NCBI GenBank assembly: GCA_900758885.1 | Contig: CAAETD010000025.1 | Location: 13,129-77,128, forward strand | Direction of reading: 5' to 3' | DNA length: 64,000 bases | Source of the DNA: an uncultured Collinsella sp. | GTDB lineage: Bacteria > Actinomycetota > Coriobacteriia > Coriobacteriales > Coriobacteriaceae | In this document: positions 1 through 10,359 of the stretch, piece by piece | Layout of the letters: every line of letters starts with the position of its first letter | How positions within the stretch are numbered: position 1 is the first letter of the stretch | Made by a program: the position numbers and the translations under genes | The notes under the pieces: model-generated | Databases searched by the model: none | The model's input: the letters and a program-made list of their open reading frames with translations, nothing else | What the model was told of the DNA's origin: nothing

Positions 1-1312
1 TGTCGGTAGTAATGCCGCGGTGCTCGATAGCGAGCTGCATGACGGCACCCGTATACTCGGGCGGGCAGATAATCTTGGCCTTGAGGTAGGGCTCCTCGAT
101 GCGCTCGATGCGCGTAGCCTCGGGCAGATCCTGCGGGCTGCGGACATCAATCATCTCGCCGTCAGTCTTGTAGACGTGATAGTCCACCGAGGGACTCGTA
201 GCAATGAGGTCAAGATTGAACTCGCGCTCCAGGCGCTCCTTGACGACCTCCATATGCAGCAGGCCCAAGAAGCCCACGCGGAAACCAAAGCCGAGCGCCA
301 CCGAGGTCTCGGGCTCCCACACCAACGACGGGTCGTTGACGTGCAGCTTATCGAGCGCGTCACGCAGGTTCTCGTAGTCCTTGTTATCGATCGGGAACAG
401 GCCCGTATAAACCATGGGCTTGGCCTCGCGGTAGCCGGGAAGCGGCTCAGGGCAGGGATTCGACGCCCACGTGAGGGTATCGCCCACGCGAACGGCCTCG
501 GGGTCCTTCAGGCCCGTGACCACGTATCCGACCTCGCCGACCGTGAGCGCGTCGACCGGGGTCTCGGCGGGACGCTTGACGCCCACGCCATCGACCAAAA
601 AGTCGCCCTTTGCCTGCATCATGCGCAGGGTATCGCCCTTTTTGATGGAACCGTCAAAGACGCGGACCGTGGCGACGACGCCACGATACTCGTCGAAGTA
701 TGAATCCAGAATGAGTGCCTTGAGCGGCGCGTTCGCATCGCCCTTGGGCGGAGAGATCAAAAAGACAATGGACTCCAGCAGATCGTGGATGCCCTCGCCG
801 GTCTTGCCCGAGACACACACGGCATCATCGGCAGGGATAGCCAGGTCATCCTCGATCTCGGTCTTAACCTCGTCGGGATGAGCCGAGGGCAGGTCGATCT
901 TGTTGATGGCCGGCACAATGTCCAGATTGGCGTTCATGGCGAGCGTCGCGTTGGAGACGGTCTGCGCCTCGACGCCCTGCGTGGCGTCAACGACGAGCAC
1001 CGCGCCCTCACAGGCCGCCAGCGAGCGCGAGACCTCATAGGTAAAGTCCACGTGGCCCGGCGTATCGATCAGATTGAACTGATACGTCTCGCCATCGTCG
1101 GCGTCATAGGACACGCGAACGGCATTGGACTTGATCGTGATGCCGCGCTCGCGCTCGATATCCATGGTGTCGAGCAGCTGCGACTCCATGTCGCGCTCGT
1201 CGACGGTATGGGTGAGCTCGAGAATGCGGTCACTGATCGTGGACTTGCCATGGTCGATGTGCGCAACAATCGAGAAGTTGCGGATGTGGGAAATGTCAAT
1301 TGAAGTATTCAT
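1..1312 (-). CDS. lepA: Elongation factor 4 (LepA), 3' end runs off the window
   Basis: Manual translation from ATG at 1312: [32 protein letters not shown]...[22 protein letters not shown]3 motif. Missing from the ORF track because there is no stop in the window. Confidence 0.97.
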   Translation of the reverse strand, partial: MNTSIDISHIRNFSIVAHIDHGKSTISDRILELTHTVDERDMESQLLDTMDIERERGITIKSNAVRVSYDADDGETYQFNLIDTPGHVDFTYEVSRSLAACEGAVLVVDATQGVEAQTVSNATLAMNANLDIVPAINKIDLPSAHPDEVKTEIEDDLAIPADDAVCVSGKTGEGIHDLLESIVFLISPPKGDANAPLKALILDSYFDEYRGVVATVRVFDGSIKKGDTLRMMQAKGDFLVDGVGVKRPAETPVDALTVGEVGYVVTGLKDPEAVRVGDTLTWASNPCPEPLPGYREAKPMVYTGLFPIDNKDYENLRDALDKLHVNDPSLVWEPETSVALGFGFRVGFLGLLHMEVVKERLEREFNLDLIATSPSVDYHVYKTDGEMIDVRSPQDLPEATRIERIEEPYLKAKIICPPEYTGAVMQLAIEHRGITTD

Positions 1313-1337
1313 GCGGACTATCTTACCCGAGCGGTAC

Positions 1338-1374
1338 AAAAAATGGAGCCTGTTCCATAAAACAGGCTCCATTT
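1338..1374 (-). terminator. Intrinsic terminator after rpsT
   Basis: AAATGGAGCCTGTT/AACAGGCTCCATTT inverted repeat ending in a T-run on the minus strand. Confidence 0.8.
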
Positions 1375-1408
1375 ATGCGCGTAATCTGTGTGGTGTGAAA
1401 TTTACAAC

Positions 1409-1675
1409 TTAAGCGTTGATGCTGTTCACGAGCTTGGCAAGACCGGACTTGCGGTTGGAAGCCTGGTTCTTGTGGATAACATGCTTGGCGGCAGCCATGT
1501 CGAGACGCTTGGTGACGGTCTTGAGGGCAGTCTGGGCCTTCTCGGCGTCGCCCTCGGCGACGGCGGACTGGACGTGCTTGGTCAGCGTCTTGAGCTCGGA
1601 CTTGACAGCCTTGTTACGCATGCGAGCTGCCTCATTGGTGCGGATACGCTTCTTCTGAGACTTGATGTTTGCCAC
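1409..1675 (-). CDS. rpsT: 30S ribosomal protein S20
   Basis: GTG start, (M)[25 protein letters not shown]...[15 protein letters not shown]. Confidence 0.97.
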   Translation of the reverse strand: MANIKSQKKRIRTNEAARMRNKAVKSELKTLTKHVQSAVAEGDAEKAQTALKTVTKRLDMAAAKHVIHKNQASNRKSGLAKLVNSINA

Positions 1676-1808
1676 TTCTGGAGTTCCTTTCGAGTTCCTT
1701 GCAAAAAATGTATGACACCTCTGAGACACGGTGAGGTCATGCAAGCGCCTACTATAGCACGCTCCCCCTCAAAGGGATAGAACGAATTTGTCAAATAGGC
1801 AGGTATCA

Positions 1809-2771
1809 TCACGATTTTCTCAAGATGTTCGTAATCCAGAGCAAAAGCGCGGTCTGAGAATCGGCCGAACCCTTGAGCGCGAGCTCCACATCAACGGCAC
1901 CCTCGAGCGCTGCGACGAGCTCTGCCATCGAAAAGCGACGTGCCCAGGTCAGGTGATTCTTGACCTGCCAGGACTGGAGCTTGAGCGTTGCGGCCAGCTC
2001 ACGACCCTGTCCGCGCGCATCGAGCGCCTTGGCAACGATAAGCTCGCGAATGCGGCCGCACAGCAATGTGTACGTCCACACGTAGCTCTTGGCGGGCATT
2101 AGATTGAAGAGCTCGAGCGAACGGCGCATGTCACGGGCCGAGACCGCATTGAGAAAGTCCCAGGGTTGAACCTCGGCCGTACGTACAATCCAGCGCTCAA
2201 CGTCGGCAAGCTCAATCTGGGCCGCCTCGACCATCTGGGCAAGCTTAGCCAAGTCGTTATCGAGCATGCGAGTGTTTTCACCCGAACGCGAGACGAGCTC
2301 CTCGGCGGCCGCCGTCGAGATCGACTTGCCGTGCTGCGTCGCCATCTGCTGCACGCGGCGCGGAAGCTCCCAGCGCTTGGTGCCGGAGCAATCGATCACG
2401 GCCTTCTTGTCGATCTTGGCGATCGCCTTATACAGGCGCGTGTTCTTGGCAAGCGAGTCAGCAATGATGAGGCAGACCGTTGTGGGGCTGGGACTCGCCA
2501 AATACTCGACAAGCGGCTCCGAGACCGCCTTGGCGAGCTTTGAGCAGCCGTCAAGGATTACCAGGCGAAACTCGCTGCCCATCGGAAAGGTGTTAAGCGA
2601 TCCGATAATGGACTCGATATCGGGGTCCTTGGTCATGTCGCGCTCGTCGAGGTTGAACTCGACCATGCCCGTCTTTTCCAGACGCGCTTTCATACGCGAG
2701 ACGGCGTGATCGCGCTTGACTCCGTCGGTACCGACGATCAGATATGCCGGCAGCAGACCGATTTCGGACAT
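1809..2771 (-). CDS. holA: DNA polymerase III delta subunit
   Basis: PAYLIVG, NTFPMGSEFRLVIL, DVELALKGS; comEC-holA-rpsT synteny; GGGAGGG SD before ATG 2771. Confidence 0.9.
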   Translation of the reverse strand: MSEIGLLPAYLIVGTDGVKRDHAVSRMKARLEKTGMVEFNLDERDMTKDPDIESIIGSLNTFPMGSEFRLVILDGCSKLAKAVSEPLVEYLASPSPTTVCLIIADSLAKNTRLYKAIAKIDKKAVIDCSGTKRWELPRRVQQMATQHGKSISTAAAEELVSRSGENTRMLDNDLAKLAQMVEAAQIELADVERWIVRTAEVQPWDFLNAVSARDMRRSLELFNLMPAKSYVWTYTLLCGRIRELIVAKALDARGQGRELAATLKLQSWQVKNHLTWARRFSMAELVAALEGAVDVELALKGSADSQTALLLWITNILRKS

Positions 2772-2849
2772 TGCGCTCCCCTCCCGCAGGTCTTCGTATT
2801 CGTTCCGTGCCATTCTAGCCCAGGGGCCCACCACACGCCAACGACGTCG

Positions 2850-5153
2850 TCACGGTCGCTGGCATCGCATCGCAAAGCCATTCTCAGTCGGCGTAACGGT
2901 AATGTCGCCGTGTTCGATGGTGCACGCGAACACGCCGCCCGCTTCCTTCACGGCATCGATGCAGGCATCGGACGGATGACCGTATCGATTCCCCTCGCCC
3001 GCGCTCGCGAGGGAAAGCTCGGGCTTCAGGACGTCCAACAACTCACCATCAACTGAAACCTTGGAGCCGTGATGCCCAAGTTTAAGTACATCGATATCCC
3101 CCACCTCCTGCACGAATTCCCGTTCTTGGTCGAGCTCGGCATCGCCGGTGAGGAGCATACGCAGGCCCTTGCCTTCCTGAACATAAGAGAGTAGCAGGAC
3201 AAGCGAGTCCTCATTTCCCTCGCCATCCACGGACTCGAATGGCCACATCACGCGAGCGCAAAATGAGCCGATGTCAACCGTATCCCCACGGCGCACCTGC
3301 CGATACTCCACGCCAGGTCGGTTCAATACTTCGGCAGGAGCATCCTCCAGCGCATCAGCCGCCACGGCAATCGTTCCAACCGAAAACTGTTCGAGCACGG
3401 CAGGCAGACCACCCCAGTGGTCCTCATCCCAATGCGTAACAAAGACGGCATCGATATGGTGCACGTTATTGCGAACCAACGCCGCCACCACGCGCTCGTC
3501 GAGCCCGCAGTCGACGAGCGCTACTACGCCGCCCTGGCGGATAAGAATCGCATCCGCCTGGCCCACATCGAGCACCGTCACCGAAGGCGGAGCGAATCGA
3601 TCCCAGTAGACGTACGGAATCGCAGCCAAGAGCACCAGGCATGCAAGCCCCACCGCCATAGGACGTGCACGGGGACGCGGCCACCAGACCAGCAGAACCG
3701 CCAGCAAACACGGCACTAGGTAAATCCACATGCTATCGGGCGGCACGCTCACGGATGCACCCGGCACGGCGGCAAACAGCTGCTCGAAAAACAGCGCGCA
3801 ACGGGCGGCAATCATGGGCACAACGAGCGCCCAAGTCCGCAACGGTGCCACGAGCGAAAAGGGAACCAGCACGATGGACACAGCAAGCAGTACGCTCACC
3901 ACCGGACCGATGACCGCATTTGCCAACGGAGCAATGAGCGAGAACGTACCGAAGGCGGGAATGGTAATGGGAAGAGTCGCCAGTTGCGAGCACAGCATGA
4001 CGGAAAGCATGCTTGCAACGCCCGATGGCACACTCAGCTCACCCAAAGCGAAGGTCGCATAGGGGCAAAAGCACAGAATGGCAAAGACGCTGGCACATGA
4101 AAGCTGAAAGCCCATCTCGAACAGCACCGTCGGCCGCAGTAGCACAAAGATGGACATGGTTACGAAGAGTGCCGATGCGCCGTGCCGGCGACGCCCCGCG
4201 CCGTTTACGACAAGCGTCGCGAACACCATGCAGCACGCGCGCACGGCCGAGGGAGACGCGCCCGTAAAGACAGCGTAGCCCACAAGCGTTATCGCCAATA
4301 TCGCCCGCTGAAGACCACGTGAGCAGCGAGTCTTTTGCAATACACCCTCGATTACAAACCCCACGATAGCCAAATGGCTGCCGGAGACGGCTATAAGATG
4401 CGCCGTTCCCGTCACCGAAAACCAATCGCCCGCCGACTGGGCGCGCAGCTCGGCCGAACGACCGCAGACGACACCGGCTATGAGTGCACGCGCCGGGTCG
4501 GTCGCAGGCGCGATGGACGCAAGCAGCCCATTTCGCAGCAGAAGCAGCGGCCCCGGAGAGCCCTCATCGACCGACACAATCCGAACGGCTTTTACCTTGC
4601 ATACCTCGCCTCGGAGCACGCGCGATCGTCCATACGCATCGTTCTCAAAACGTGAAACGCGACCGATAACACGCACGTGCGCCCCGACCTTGAGCTCGCG
4701 GTCGCACGATAGGCGAACCGTTGCCAAGTTCTTACCGTCCGCGCGTGCCTCGCAGGTATAGGAATACACGTCGTCGTTTATGGATGGATCGCCCTGCACG
4801 ATAAACTCGAGGCCGCTTGCCGCTCGACCGTCGAGCGCCTTCGAGGCGCTGAGCGCACCCACAGCCCACCACGCCGAGACGACCGCTCCCGCCACGAGAC
4901 CGACGGACGCGGCATACAACCACCACTTCAAAGGGGCAAGCCGCGCACAAGATTGAGCCAGCACAACGAATACCGCCGCCGCAACGGGAATGGCCCATAG
5001 CAGCCCGACCGCCGGCGCCCGCTCCCTCAGCAGCGCATCAGCGGCCACGTTGAGCACCGAGGCGCAGCTCATGCACATGCCGGCACACAGGGCCATCGTC
5101 CACGGCATCAGGGGCCGCGGAGGCATCACATGCTCGCGCTCGGTCGCACTCAT
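2850..5153 (-). CDS. comEC: DNA uptake channel ComEC/Rec2 with C-terminal metallo-beta-lactamase domain
   Basis: HLIAVSGSH, SPSAVRA, GFQLS, LDVGQADA, THWDEDH, LLTGDA, GHHGS, NRYGHP; ATGA overlap with the comEA stop. Confidence 0.95.
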   Translation of the reverse strand: MSATEREHVMPPRPLMPWTMALCAGMCMSCASVLNVAADALLRERAPAVGLLWAIPVAAAVFVVLAQSCARLAPLKWWLYAASVGLVAGAVVSAWWAVGALSASKALDGRAASGLEFIVQGDPSINDDVYSYTCEARADGKNLATVRLSCDRELKVGAHVRVIGRVSRFENDAYGRSRVLRGEVCKVKAVRIVSVDEGSPGPLLLLRNGLLASIAPATDPARALIAGVVCGRSAELRAQSAGDWFSVTGTAHLIAVSGSHLAIVGFVIEGVLQKTRCSRGLQRAILAITLVGYAVFTGASPSAVRACCMVFATLVVNGAGRRRHGASALFVTMSIFVLLRPTVLFEMGFQLSCASVFAILCFCPYATFALGELSVPSGVASMLSVMLCSQLATLPITIPAFGTFSLIAPLANAVIGPVVSVLLAVSIVLVPFSLVAPLRTWALVVPMIAARCALFFEQLFAAVPGASVSVPPDSMWIYLVPCLLAVLLVWWPRPRARPMAVGLACLVLLAAIPYVYWDRFAPPSVTVLDVGQADAILIRQGGVVALVDCGLDERVVAALVRNNVHHIDAVFVTHWDEDHWGGLPAVLEQFSVGTIAVAADALEDAPAEVLNRPGVEYRQVRRGDTVDIGSFCARVMWPFESVDGEGNEDSLVLLLSYVQEGKGLRMLLTGDAELDQEREFVQEVGDIDVLKLGHHGSKVSVDGELLDVLKPELSLASAGEGNRYGHPSDACIDAVKEAGGVFACTIEHGDITVTPTENGFAMRCQRP

Positions 5154-5863
5154 ACGCAGATGCAATCTTTGATTTTGGCAAGCTTCTTCTCGCCGATTCC
5201 CGACACACGCATCAGATCGTCAACCGAGGCAAAAGCACCGTTCTTTGTCCGCTCATCGATAATCGACTGTGCCATGGAGGGACCGATGCCCGAGAGCGTC
5301 TGCAGCTCTGCCGCGCTTGCCGTATTGATGTTGACTAGGCCCGTTGCGCCACTCACGCCCAATGATGCGGAAGCCCCACCATCAACACCGGCTTCCGCAA
5401 TGGACGCCTGCTGCTCCCCCACCGTTGGAACGTGGATTTTTTGTCCATCAGTGACCTTGGATGCCCGGTTAAGCCCCGTAACGTCTGCCTCGGGCGTAAG
5501 CCCGCCGGCGGCATCAATCGCCTGAGCCACCCGCGCGCCGTCCTTGAGACGATATACACCGGGCGACACAACGGCGCCGTCGACATCGACATAGACCTCT
5601 GCCGCGGCAGAAGCCTTAGCCGAAGAACCTTCGGATGTCTTTCCGCTCGAGGCATCACCGGATCCCGGCTCCACCAACGAGCCTGAACCGTCAGTGCGCT
5701 CAAACGACACGCCACCGGCACCGCCGCCAAGGTTCGCCATCGCCAGTCCACTCGCCATCGCAATGACGACCAGTATCGCCATCACCACTGCCTTATGACC
5801 GAACAGCTTGTCCGCCAAGCGGTCCATCCGTTTGACTCGTTCGTGTTGTTCGCGCTGCGCCAT
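5150..5863 (-). CDS. comEA: Competence DNA receptor ComEA (TM, SLBB, HhH)
   Basis: VDVDGAVVSPGVY...ARVAQAIDAAGG; VNINTASAAELQTLSGIGPSMAQSII; GGAGG SD. Confidence 0.95.
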   Translation of the reverse strand: MAQREQHERVKRMDRLADKLFGHKAVVMAILVVIAMASGLAMANLGGGAGGVSFERTDGSGSLVEPGSGDASSGKTSEGSSAKASAAAEVYVDVDGAVVSPGVYRLKDGARVAQAIDAAGGLTPEADVTGLNRASKVTDGQKIHVPTVGEQQASIAEAGVDGGASASLGVSGATGLVNINTASAAELQTLSGIGPSMAQSIIDERTKNGAFASVDDLMRVSGIGEKKLAKIKDCICV

Positions 5864-5938
5864 AGCAAAACCTCCCAACACCATCGTGTCAGGAAAGGAG
5901 CTCCACAACAGCCACGCTCCAAAACCGGTTTTAACGGT

Positions 5939-5958
5939 CAAACCAAAAACCGACCAAA
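5939..5958 (-). promoter_or_regulatory. Candidate competence box upstream of comEA (TTTGGTCGGTTTTTGGTTTG)
   Basis: 18/20 identical to 35285-35304 upstream of yraN, at a similar distance from the start codon. Confidence 0.6.
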
Positions 5959-6033
5959 ACCTTGCACAAATCTGTCCATTTATTCAGGCACACGTCAGCA
6001 AATGAACACTTAGCCGCAAAATGCCCAGATAGC

Positions 6034-6066
6034 AAAAGGCCGACGATGCAGGCGCATCGTCGGTCT
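6034..6066 (-). terminator. Terminator after thiI
   Basis: GGCCGACGATGC/GCATCGTCGGTC stem followed by TTTT on the minus strand. Confidence 0.75.
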
Positions 6067-6076
6067 ATGCACAAAT

Positions 6077-7321
6077 TTACTCGTGATCTTGGTAAATCTC
6101 ACGCGGAGCAAGCTCCGAATGTTTGCGTTTTAAGGTCTTAGGGGCCTTATACGTGTTGCTGGAGAAGTCAATGTACTCGGTCTGCTTAAGCAGACGCTCG
6201 ATCATCTCCTCGTGGTCGAACAGCTCCCAGGCCTCGTGCACGGCATCGAGTTTGGCGTGCGTCTCGGGACGACGCGGCATAAACAGCGTGCAGCAGTCGG
6301 ACGCCGCCTCGGTGGAAATATCGAACGTGCCGATCTCCTGAGCGCGCGCAATGATCTCCTGCTTGTCGGACCCGATGAGCGGACGGAACACGGGAATCTT
6401 CACGGCCTCGTTGACGGCCATGATATTCTCGAGCGTCTGGGAGGCAACCTGACCGAGCGACTCGCCGGTCACGATGGCCTTGGCGCCCTCGATATGCGCG
6501 ATACGCTCGGCAACCGAATACATGATGCGGCGATACATGATCACGCGCAGGTTGCTGGGACAGGTGACCGAAATCTCACGCTGGCAGTCGCCAAACGGCA
6601 CCACGTACAGGCGGCCGATCTGGACACCCGGCTCAAGCGCACGAATGATGTCCTGCACCAAATACTCGCTCGTGTCGGGCGTCTGCGGACGACCTGAGAA
6701 ATGTACCGGCACGCACACCGCGCCGCGACGCGCGAGCATCCAGGTTGCCACCGGAGAATCAATACCCGACGACAGCAGCGTCACGACCTTGCCGGCAGAA
6801 CCCACCGGCAGACCGCCCACGCCGCGCTCGGAGCGCGCGTACACATAAACGCTACCCTGGACCACCAGTACGTGCACCATCGCATCGGGGTCGTGCATTT
6901 GAACCTTTTTATCGGGGAAGGCCTCGCACAGCACCTCGCCCACCTGACGATTGATGTCAATCGAGGTGAGCTCATAATCGGTATTGGAGCGCTTGGCGTG
7001 CACCTTAAACGAATCGAAGGAACCAAACTCGCGCAGCGCCTTCACGGCGGCGGCACAGTACTCCTGAGGGTCGCGATTGGTGTGATACGCCAAAGACACA
7101 CGAGCAACGCCGGGAACGGTGCGAATGACACGCGCCGCCTCGTCGGCCTGATGCTCGTTAAAGGTCACGAGGATATAACCGGAAATTCGAGACACGGCAT
7201 TCACGGAAAAGGCGGCCAAGGCCGCCTTGATGTTATCCATGAGGATATGCTCAAAATGTGCGCGGTTCTTACCCTTCAGTCCAACCTCGTGATAGTGGAC
7301 CAGGCAGACGCGAGCCGCCAT
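6077..7321 (-). CDS. thiI: tRNA 4-thiouridine synthase ThiI (THUMP + PP-loop, no rhodanese domain)
   Basis: YHEVGLKGKNR, GVGGLPVG, LSSGIDSPVA, TGESLGQVASQT, RPLIG. Confidence 0.93.
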   Translation of the reverse strand: MAARVCLVHYHEVGLKGKNRAHFEHILMDNIKAALAAFSVNAVSRISGYILVTFNEHQADEAARVIRTVPGVARVSLAYHTNRDPQEYCAAAVKALREFGSFDSFKVHAKRSNTDYELTSIDINRQVGEVLCEAFPDKKVQMHDPDAMVHVLVVQGSVYVYARSERGVGGLPVGSAGKVVTLLSSGIDSPVATWMLARRGAVCVPVHFSGRPQTPDTSEYLVQDIIRALEPGVQIGRLYVVPFGDCQREISVTCPSNLRVIMYRRIMYSVAERIAHIEGAKAIVTGESLGQVASQTLENIMAVNEAVKIPVFRPLIGSDKQEIIARAQEIGTFDISTEAASDCCTLFMPRRPETHAKLDAVHEAWELFDHEEMIERLLKQTEYIDFSSNTYKAPKTLKRKHSELAPREIYQDHE

Positions 7322-7603
7322 TTAGGCTTCAGCAACCTTGTGGCCGAGCGCCTTCTCGTAACGGGCCTCGTCGTAAGAGATGTCGCCGTCGACAATCTCG
7401 TCCATAGCCATCGAAATGGTATCGGCACCGGAAAGCCCGATGGTGATGTCATCGACATCCTGGACGGCAAGCACGCGGTTGTGCTGGCCACGCAGCATGC
7501 TGTTAATATCGCAGGCGCGCTTGGAGGCAAGCGAAGCGAGCAGGAAGCGGTTGTGATCGGTCTTCTCCAGAAGATCGTCAATGCAAGGCTTTACAACGGA
7601 CAC
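7322..7603 (-). CDS. rpoZ: RNA polymerase omega subunit
   Basis: KPCIDDLLEKTDHNRFLLASLASKRA; directly downstream of gmk. Confidence 0.9.
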   Translation of the reverse strand: MSVVKPCIDDLLEKTDHNRFLLASLASKRACDINSMLRGQHNRVLAVQDVDDITIGLSGADTISMAMDEIVDGDISYDEARYEKALGHKVAEA

Positions 7604-7608
7604 GGACC

Positions 7609-8178
7609 TCAGATCCTTTCATGCATATCGAGAACGCGAACGAGCTCATCGGTCGCGCGGTCGAGATCGTCATTCACCACGACGTCGTCGTAGCGGTCGG
7701 CAAGGGCAAGCTCATGGGCGGCGTTTGCCATGCGCAGTTCGATCGTCTCGGGCGTCTCGGTACCACGACCGACAAGACGCTCGCGAAGCACCTCGAGCGA
7801 GGGCGGCTTGATAAAAATCAGCACGGCCTCGGGGAAGCGCTCCTTGACTTGCAGGGCGCCCTGGACATCAATCTCCAAAATCAGAGAAGCGCCAGACGCG
7901 AGCTTAGACTGGACCTCGCTCACCAGCGTACCATAGCAGTTGCCGTGAACCTCGGCCCACTCGACAAACTCACCGTTTGCCACGCGGCGATCGAACTCCT
8001 CACGCGTCAGGAAAAAGTAATTGACGCCGTCGACCTCGCCTTTACGCGGAGCTCGCGTGGTAGCCGAAACCGTCAGGCCCAGGTTCGAGCGGCGCTCACG
8101 CACACGAGTGACGAGCGTACCCTTGCCTGCGCCTGACGGTCCAGAAATCACAAAGAGCTTGGAATCCTGAGCGCTCAC
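7609..8178 (-). CDS. gmk: Guanylate kinase
   Basis: SGPSGAGKGT, SATTRAPR, EIDVQGA. Confidence 0.97.
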   Translation of the reverse strand: MSAQDSKLFVISGPSGAGKGTLVTRVRERRSNLGLTVSATTRAPRKGEVDGVNYFFLTREEFDRRVANGEFVEWAEVHGNCYGTLVSEVQSKLASGASLILEIDVQGALQVKERFPEAVLIFIKPPSLEVLRERLVGRGTETPETIELRMANAAHELALADRYDDVVVNDDLDRATDELVRVLDMHERI

Positions 8179-8487
8179 TTATTTGGTCAGCTGCTCGAGG
8201 AGCTGCTCGCGCTGACGGACGCCGAGGCCCTGGACGCGACGGGTAGCGGAGATACCGAGCTCCTCCATGATCTTGGCGGCCTTGGCCTTGCCATAACCAG
8301 GGAGAGACTCGATGAGGGTGGAAACCTTCATGCGGGAAGCGATGGGGTCATCGGAGTTGAGCACGGACTCGAGAGACTTCTCGCCCTTCTTGATCTGCTC
8401 GCGAAGCTCAGCGCGGGCGTGACGTGCGGCAGCAGCCTTCTCAAGAGCCTGCTTGCGCTGCTCATCGGTAAGCTGAGGGAGTGCCAT
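8179..8487 (-). CDS. mihF: Actinobacterial integration host factor (mIHF)
   Basis: MALPQLTDEQRKQALEKAAAAR...LPGYGKAKA; pyrF-mihF-gmk synteny. Confidence 0.95.
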   Translation of the reverse strand: MALPQLTDEQRKQALEKAAAARHARAELREQIKKGEKSLESVLNSDDPIASRMKVSTLIESLPGYGKAKAAKIMEELGISATRRVQGLGVRQREQLLEQLTK

Positions 8488-8725
8488 TCGTACCTCCAAA
8501 TAGTTGGGTTATATCTGATTCAATAATTGGCATTTTAGCACGTAGAACGTACAAAATGCCCAATCGCGGCCCATAGGTTAGACGATACCCGCAAAAAGTG
8601 CAATATACTGCGCCCAAAGTTAAGCCCCTGACCTGCGATTCCACACAAAGGATGGGAAAGTTTACGCAGGCACAGGGGCTATTTTGTGCTAATGAAACCC
8701 AAAAGTGGTGACTTAGGGGAATCTT

Positions 8726-9442
8726 TTACGCGACGTTTTCGACCAGCTCGGCGACAATGGCGTCAAAGGCGGCAACCGGATCGTCGGCACCGGTGATGGG
8801 ACGGCCCACCACAATGTGGCTTGCGCCACGCTCGATAGCCTGGGAAGGCGTCGCCACGCGGGACTGGTCACCAAGGGCGGCACCCACCGGACGCACACCC
8901 GGAGTCACGATCAGGGCATCAGGGCCCAGCAGCTCACGCATGTCGTGAGCCTCCATCGGCGAGCACACGATGCCATCGATGCCGTTGGCCTGAGCGAGCT
9001 TTGCCAGGCGGGCGGCCTCCTCGGCCACGGGCGACTCGACGCCGATCTCGCTCAAGGCATCCTGATTCATGCTCGTGAGCACGGTGATGGCGACGAGCTT
9101 GGCGCGGTCCTCGCGCGCCTCCTCGGCACCCTCGCGGCAGGCAGCGAGCATGGCGCCCGAACCCAAGCCGTGAACCGAGAGCAGGTCGGCACCGGCAAGC
9201 GAGGCCGAACGGGCGGCACCGCGAACCTGATGCGGAATATCATGGAACTTAAGGTCAAGGAAGACCTTAAAGCCCAGGTCCTTAAAGGTCTTGACGATCT
9301 CGGGGCCCTCAGCGTAATAGAGCGTCATGCCAACCTTAAGCCAGGCGGCATGGCCCGAAAGCTCGTGGGCGAGCTCGAGCGCACGCTCGCGGTCGCAGTC
9401 GAGAGCGACGATTACGCGGTCGCGGGCATCGGTCTCTAGCAT
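8726..9442 (-). CDS. pyrF: Orotidine-5'-phosphate decarboxylase
   Basis: IVALD, FLDLKFHDIP, VTPGVRP, VVGRPI. Confidence 0.97.
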   Translation of the reverse strand: MLETDARDRVIVALDCDRERALELAHELSGHAAWLKVGMTLYYAEGPEIVKTFKDLGFKVFLDLKFHDIPHQVRGAARSASLAGADLLSVHGLGSGAMLAACREGAEEAREDRAKLVAITVLTSMNQDALSEIGVESPVAEEAARLAKLAQANGIDGIVCSPMEAHDMRELLGPDALIVTPGVRPVGAALGDQSRVATPSQAIERGASHIVVGRPITGADDPVAAFDAIVAELVENVA

Positions 9443-10359
9443 TCGAAAGCACCTACCAGTTCGTTGATGTCCTTCACGCCTTGGGACTCAGCCCAGGCCT
9501 CGAGCTCGTGCGCGATCTTGAGCGAAGCGCACGGATCGACGAAGTTGGCCATGCCGACCGACACGCAGGTGGCGCCGGCCAGGATAAACTCGGCCGCATC
9601 CTCGCCGGTCATGACACCGCCGACGCCGTTGATGGGGATATCGACGGCCTGGGCAACCTCCCAGACCATGCGCACGGCGATGTGGTGGCACAGCGGGCCC
9701 GAAAGGCCGCCCTTGGGCTTGGCCACGCGGGACTTGCGGGTATGGACGTCGATGGCCATGCCCTGAATGGAGTTGATGACCGAAAGGCCGTCGGCGCCGG
9801 CAGCCTCGAGGGCCTTGGCAATCTCGGCGACGTTGACCGGCGCCATCTTCACGAACAGCGGCTTATCGGTCACCTTGCGGCAGGCAGCCATAACGGATGA
9901 GGCGCCCTCGGGCGTAGAGCCCATGGCGGCACCGCCGGCGGCGATATTAGGGCAGCTCACGTTGATCTCGTAGCCGGCAGCCCAGGGGCACAGCTCGACA
10001 TACATCTCGAGCGCGCGGACAAACTCGTCAACGGAGTGGCCGGCAACCTGACAGATGACCTGGCAGCCGTCCTTGGACAGCTGTTCGAGCCACGGACCGG
10101 ACTCGCGGGCAAAGGCGGCCACGCCGGGGTTCTGAAGGCCCACGGAGTTGATCATACCGCCGGGGATCTCGGCCATGCGGGGCGCGGGGTTGCCGGGCCA
10201 GGGCTCGGCAGCGCAACCCTTGGTGGTGATGGCGCCCAGCTGGGAAACATCAAAGAAGTTCTGGAACTGCCAACCGTAACCAAAAGTACCGGCTGCGGTG
10301 TTGATGGGGTTCTGCATCTTGACGCCGCCGAAATCGACGGCCATGTTCACGGTACCCAC
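9436..10359 (-). CDS. pyrD: Dihydroorotate dehydrogenase, catalytic subunit (class 1B)
   Basis: GNPAPRMAE, NSVGLQNPG, EINVSCPN, GGLSGP; probable GTG start overlapping the pyrK stop. Confidence 0.95.
   Translation of the reverse strand: MGTVNMAVDFGGVKMQNPINTAAGTFGYGWQFQNFFDVSQLGAITTKGCAAEPWPGNPAPRMAEIPGGMINSVGLQNPGVAAFARESGPWLEQLSKDGCQVICQVAGHSVDEFVRALEMYVELCPWAAGYEINVSCPNIAAGGAAMGSTPEGASSVMAACRKVTDKPLFVKMAPVNVAEIAKALEAAGADGLSVINSIQGMAIDVHTRKSRVAKPKGGLSGPLCHHIAVRMVWEVAQAVDIPINGVGGVMTGEDAAEFILAGATCVSVGMANFVDPCASLKIAHELEAWAESQGVKDINELVGAFEC

Noticed and set aside
20..1303. Plus-strand ORFs at the window start
   Set aside because: The region is lepA on the minus strand, which the ORF track missed.
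8628..8637. TGACCTGC motif, also seen as GCAGGTCA at 39785-39792
   Set aside because: An 8-mer that also occurs inside coding sequence in this GC-rich window; significance cannot be supported without counts.
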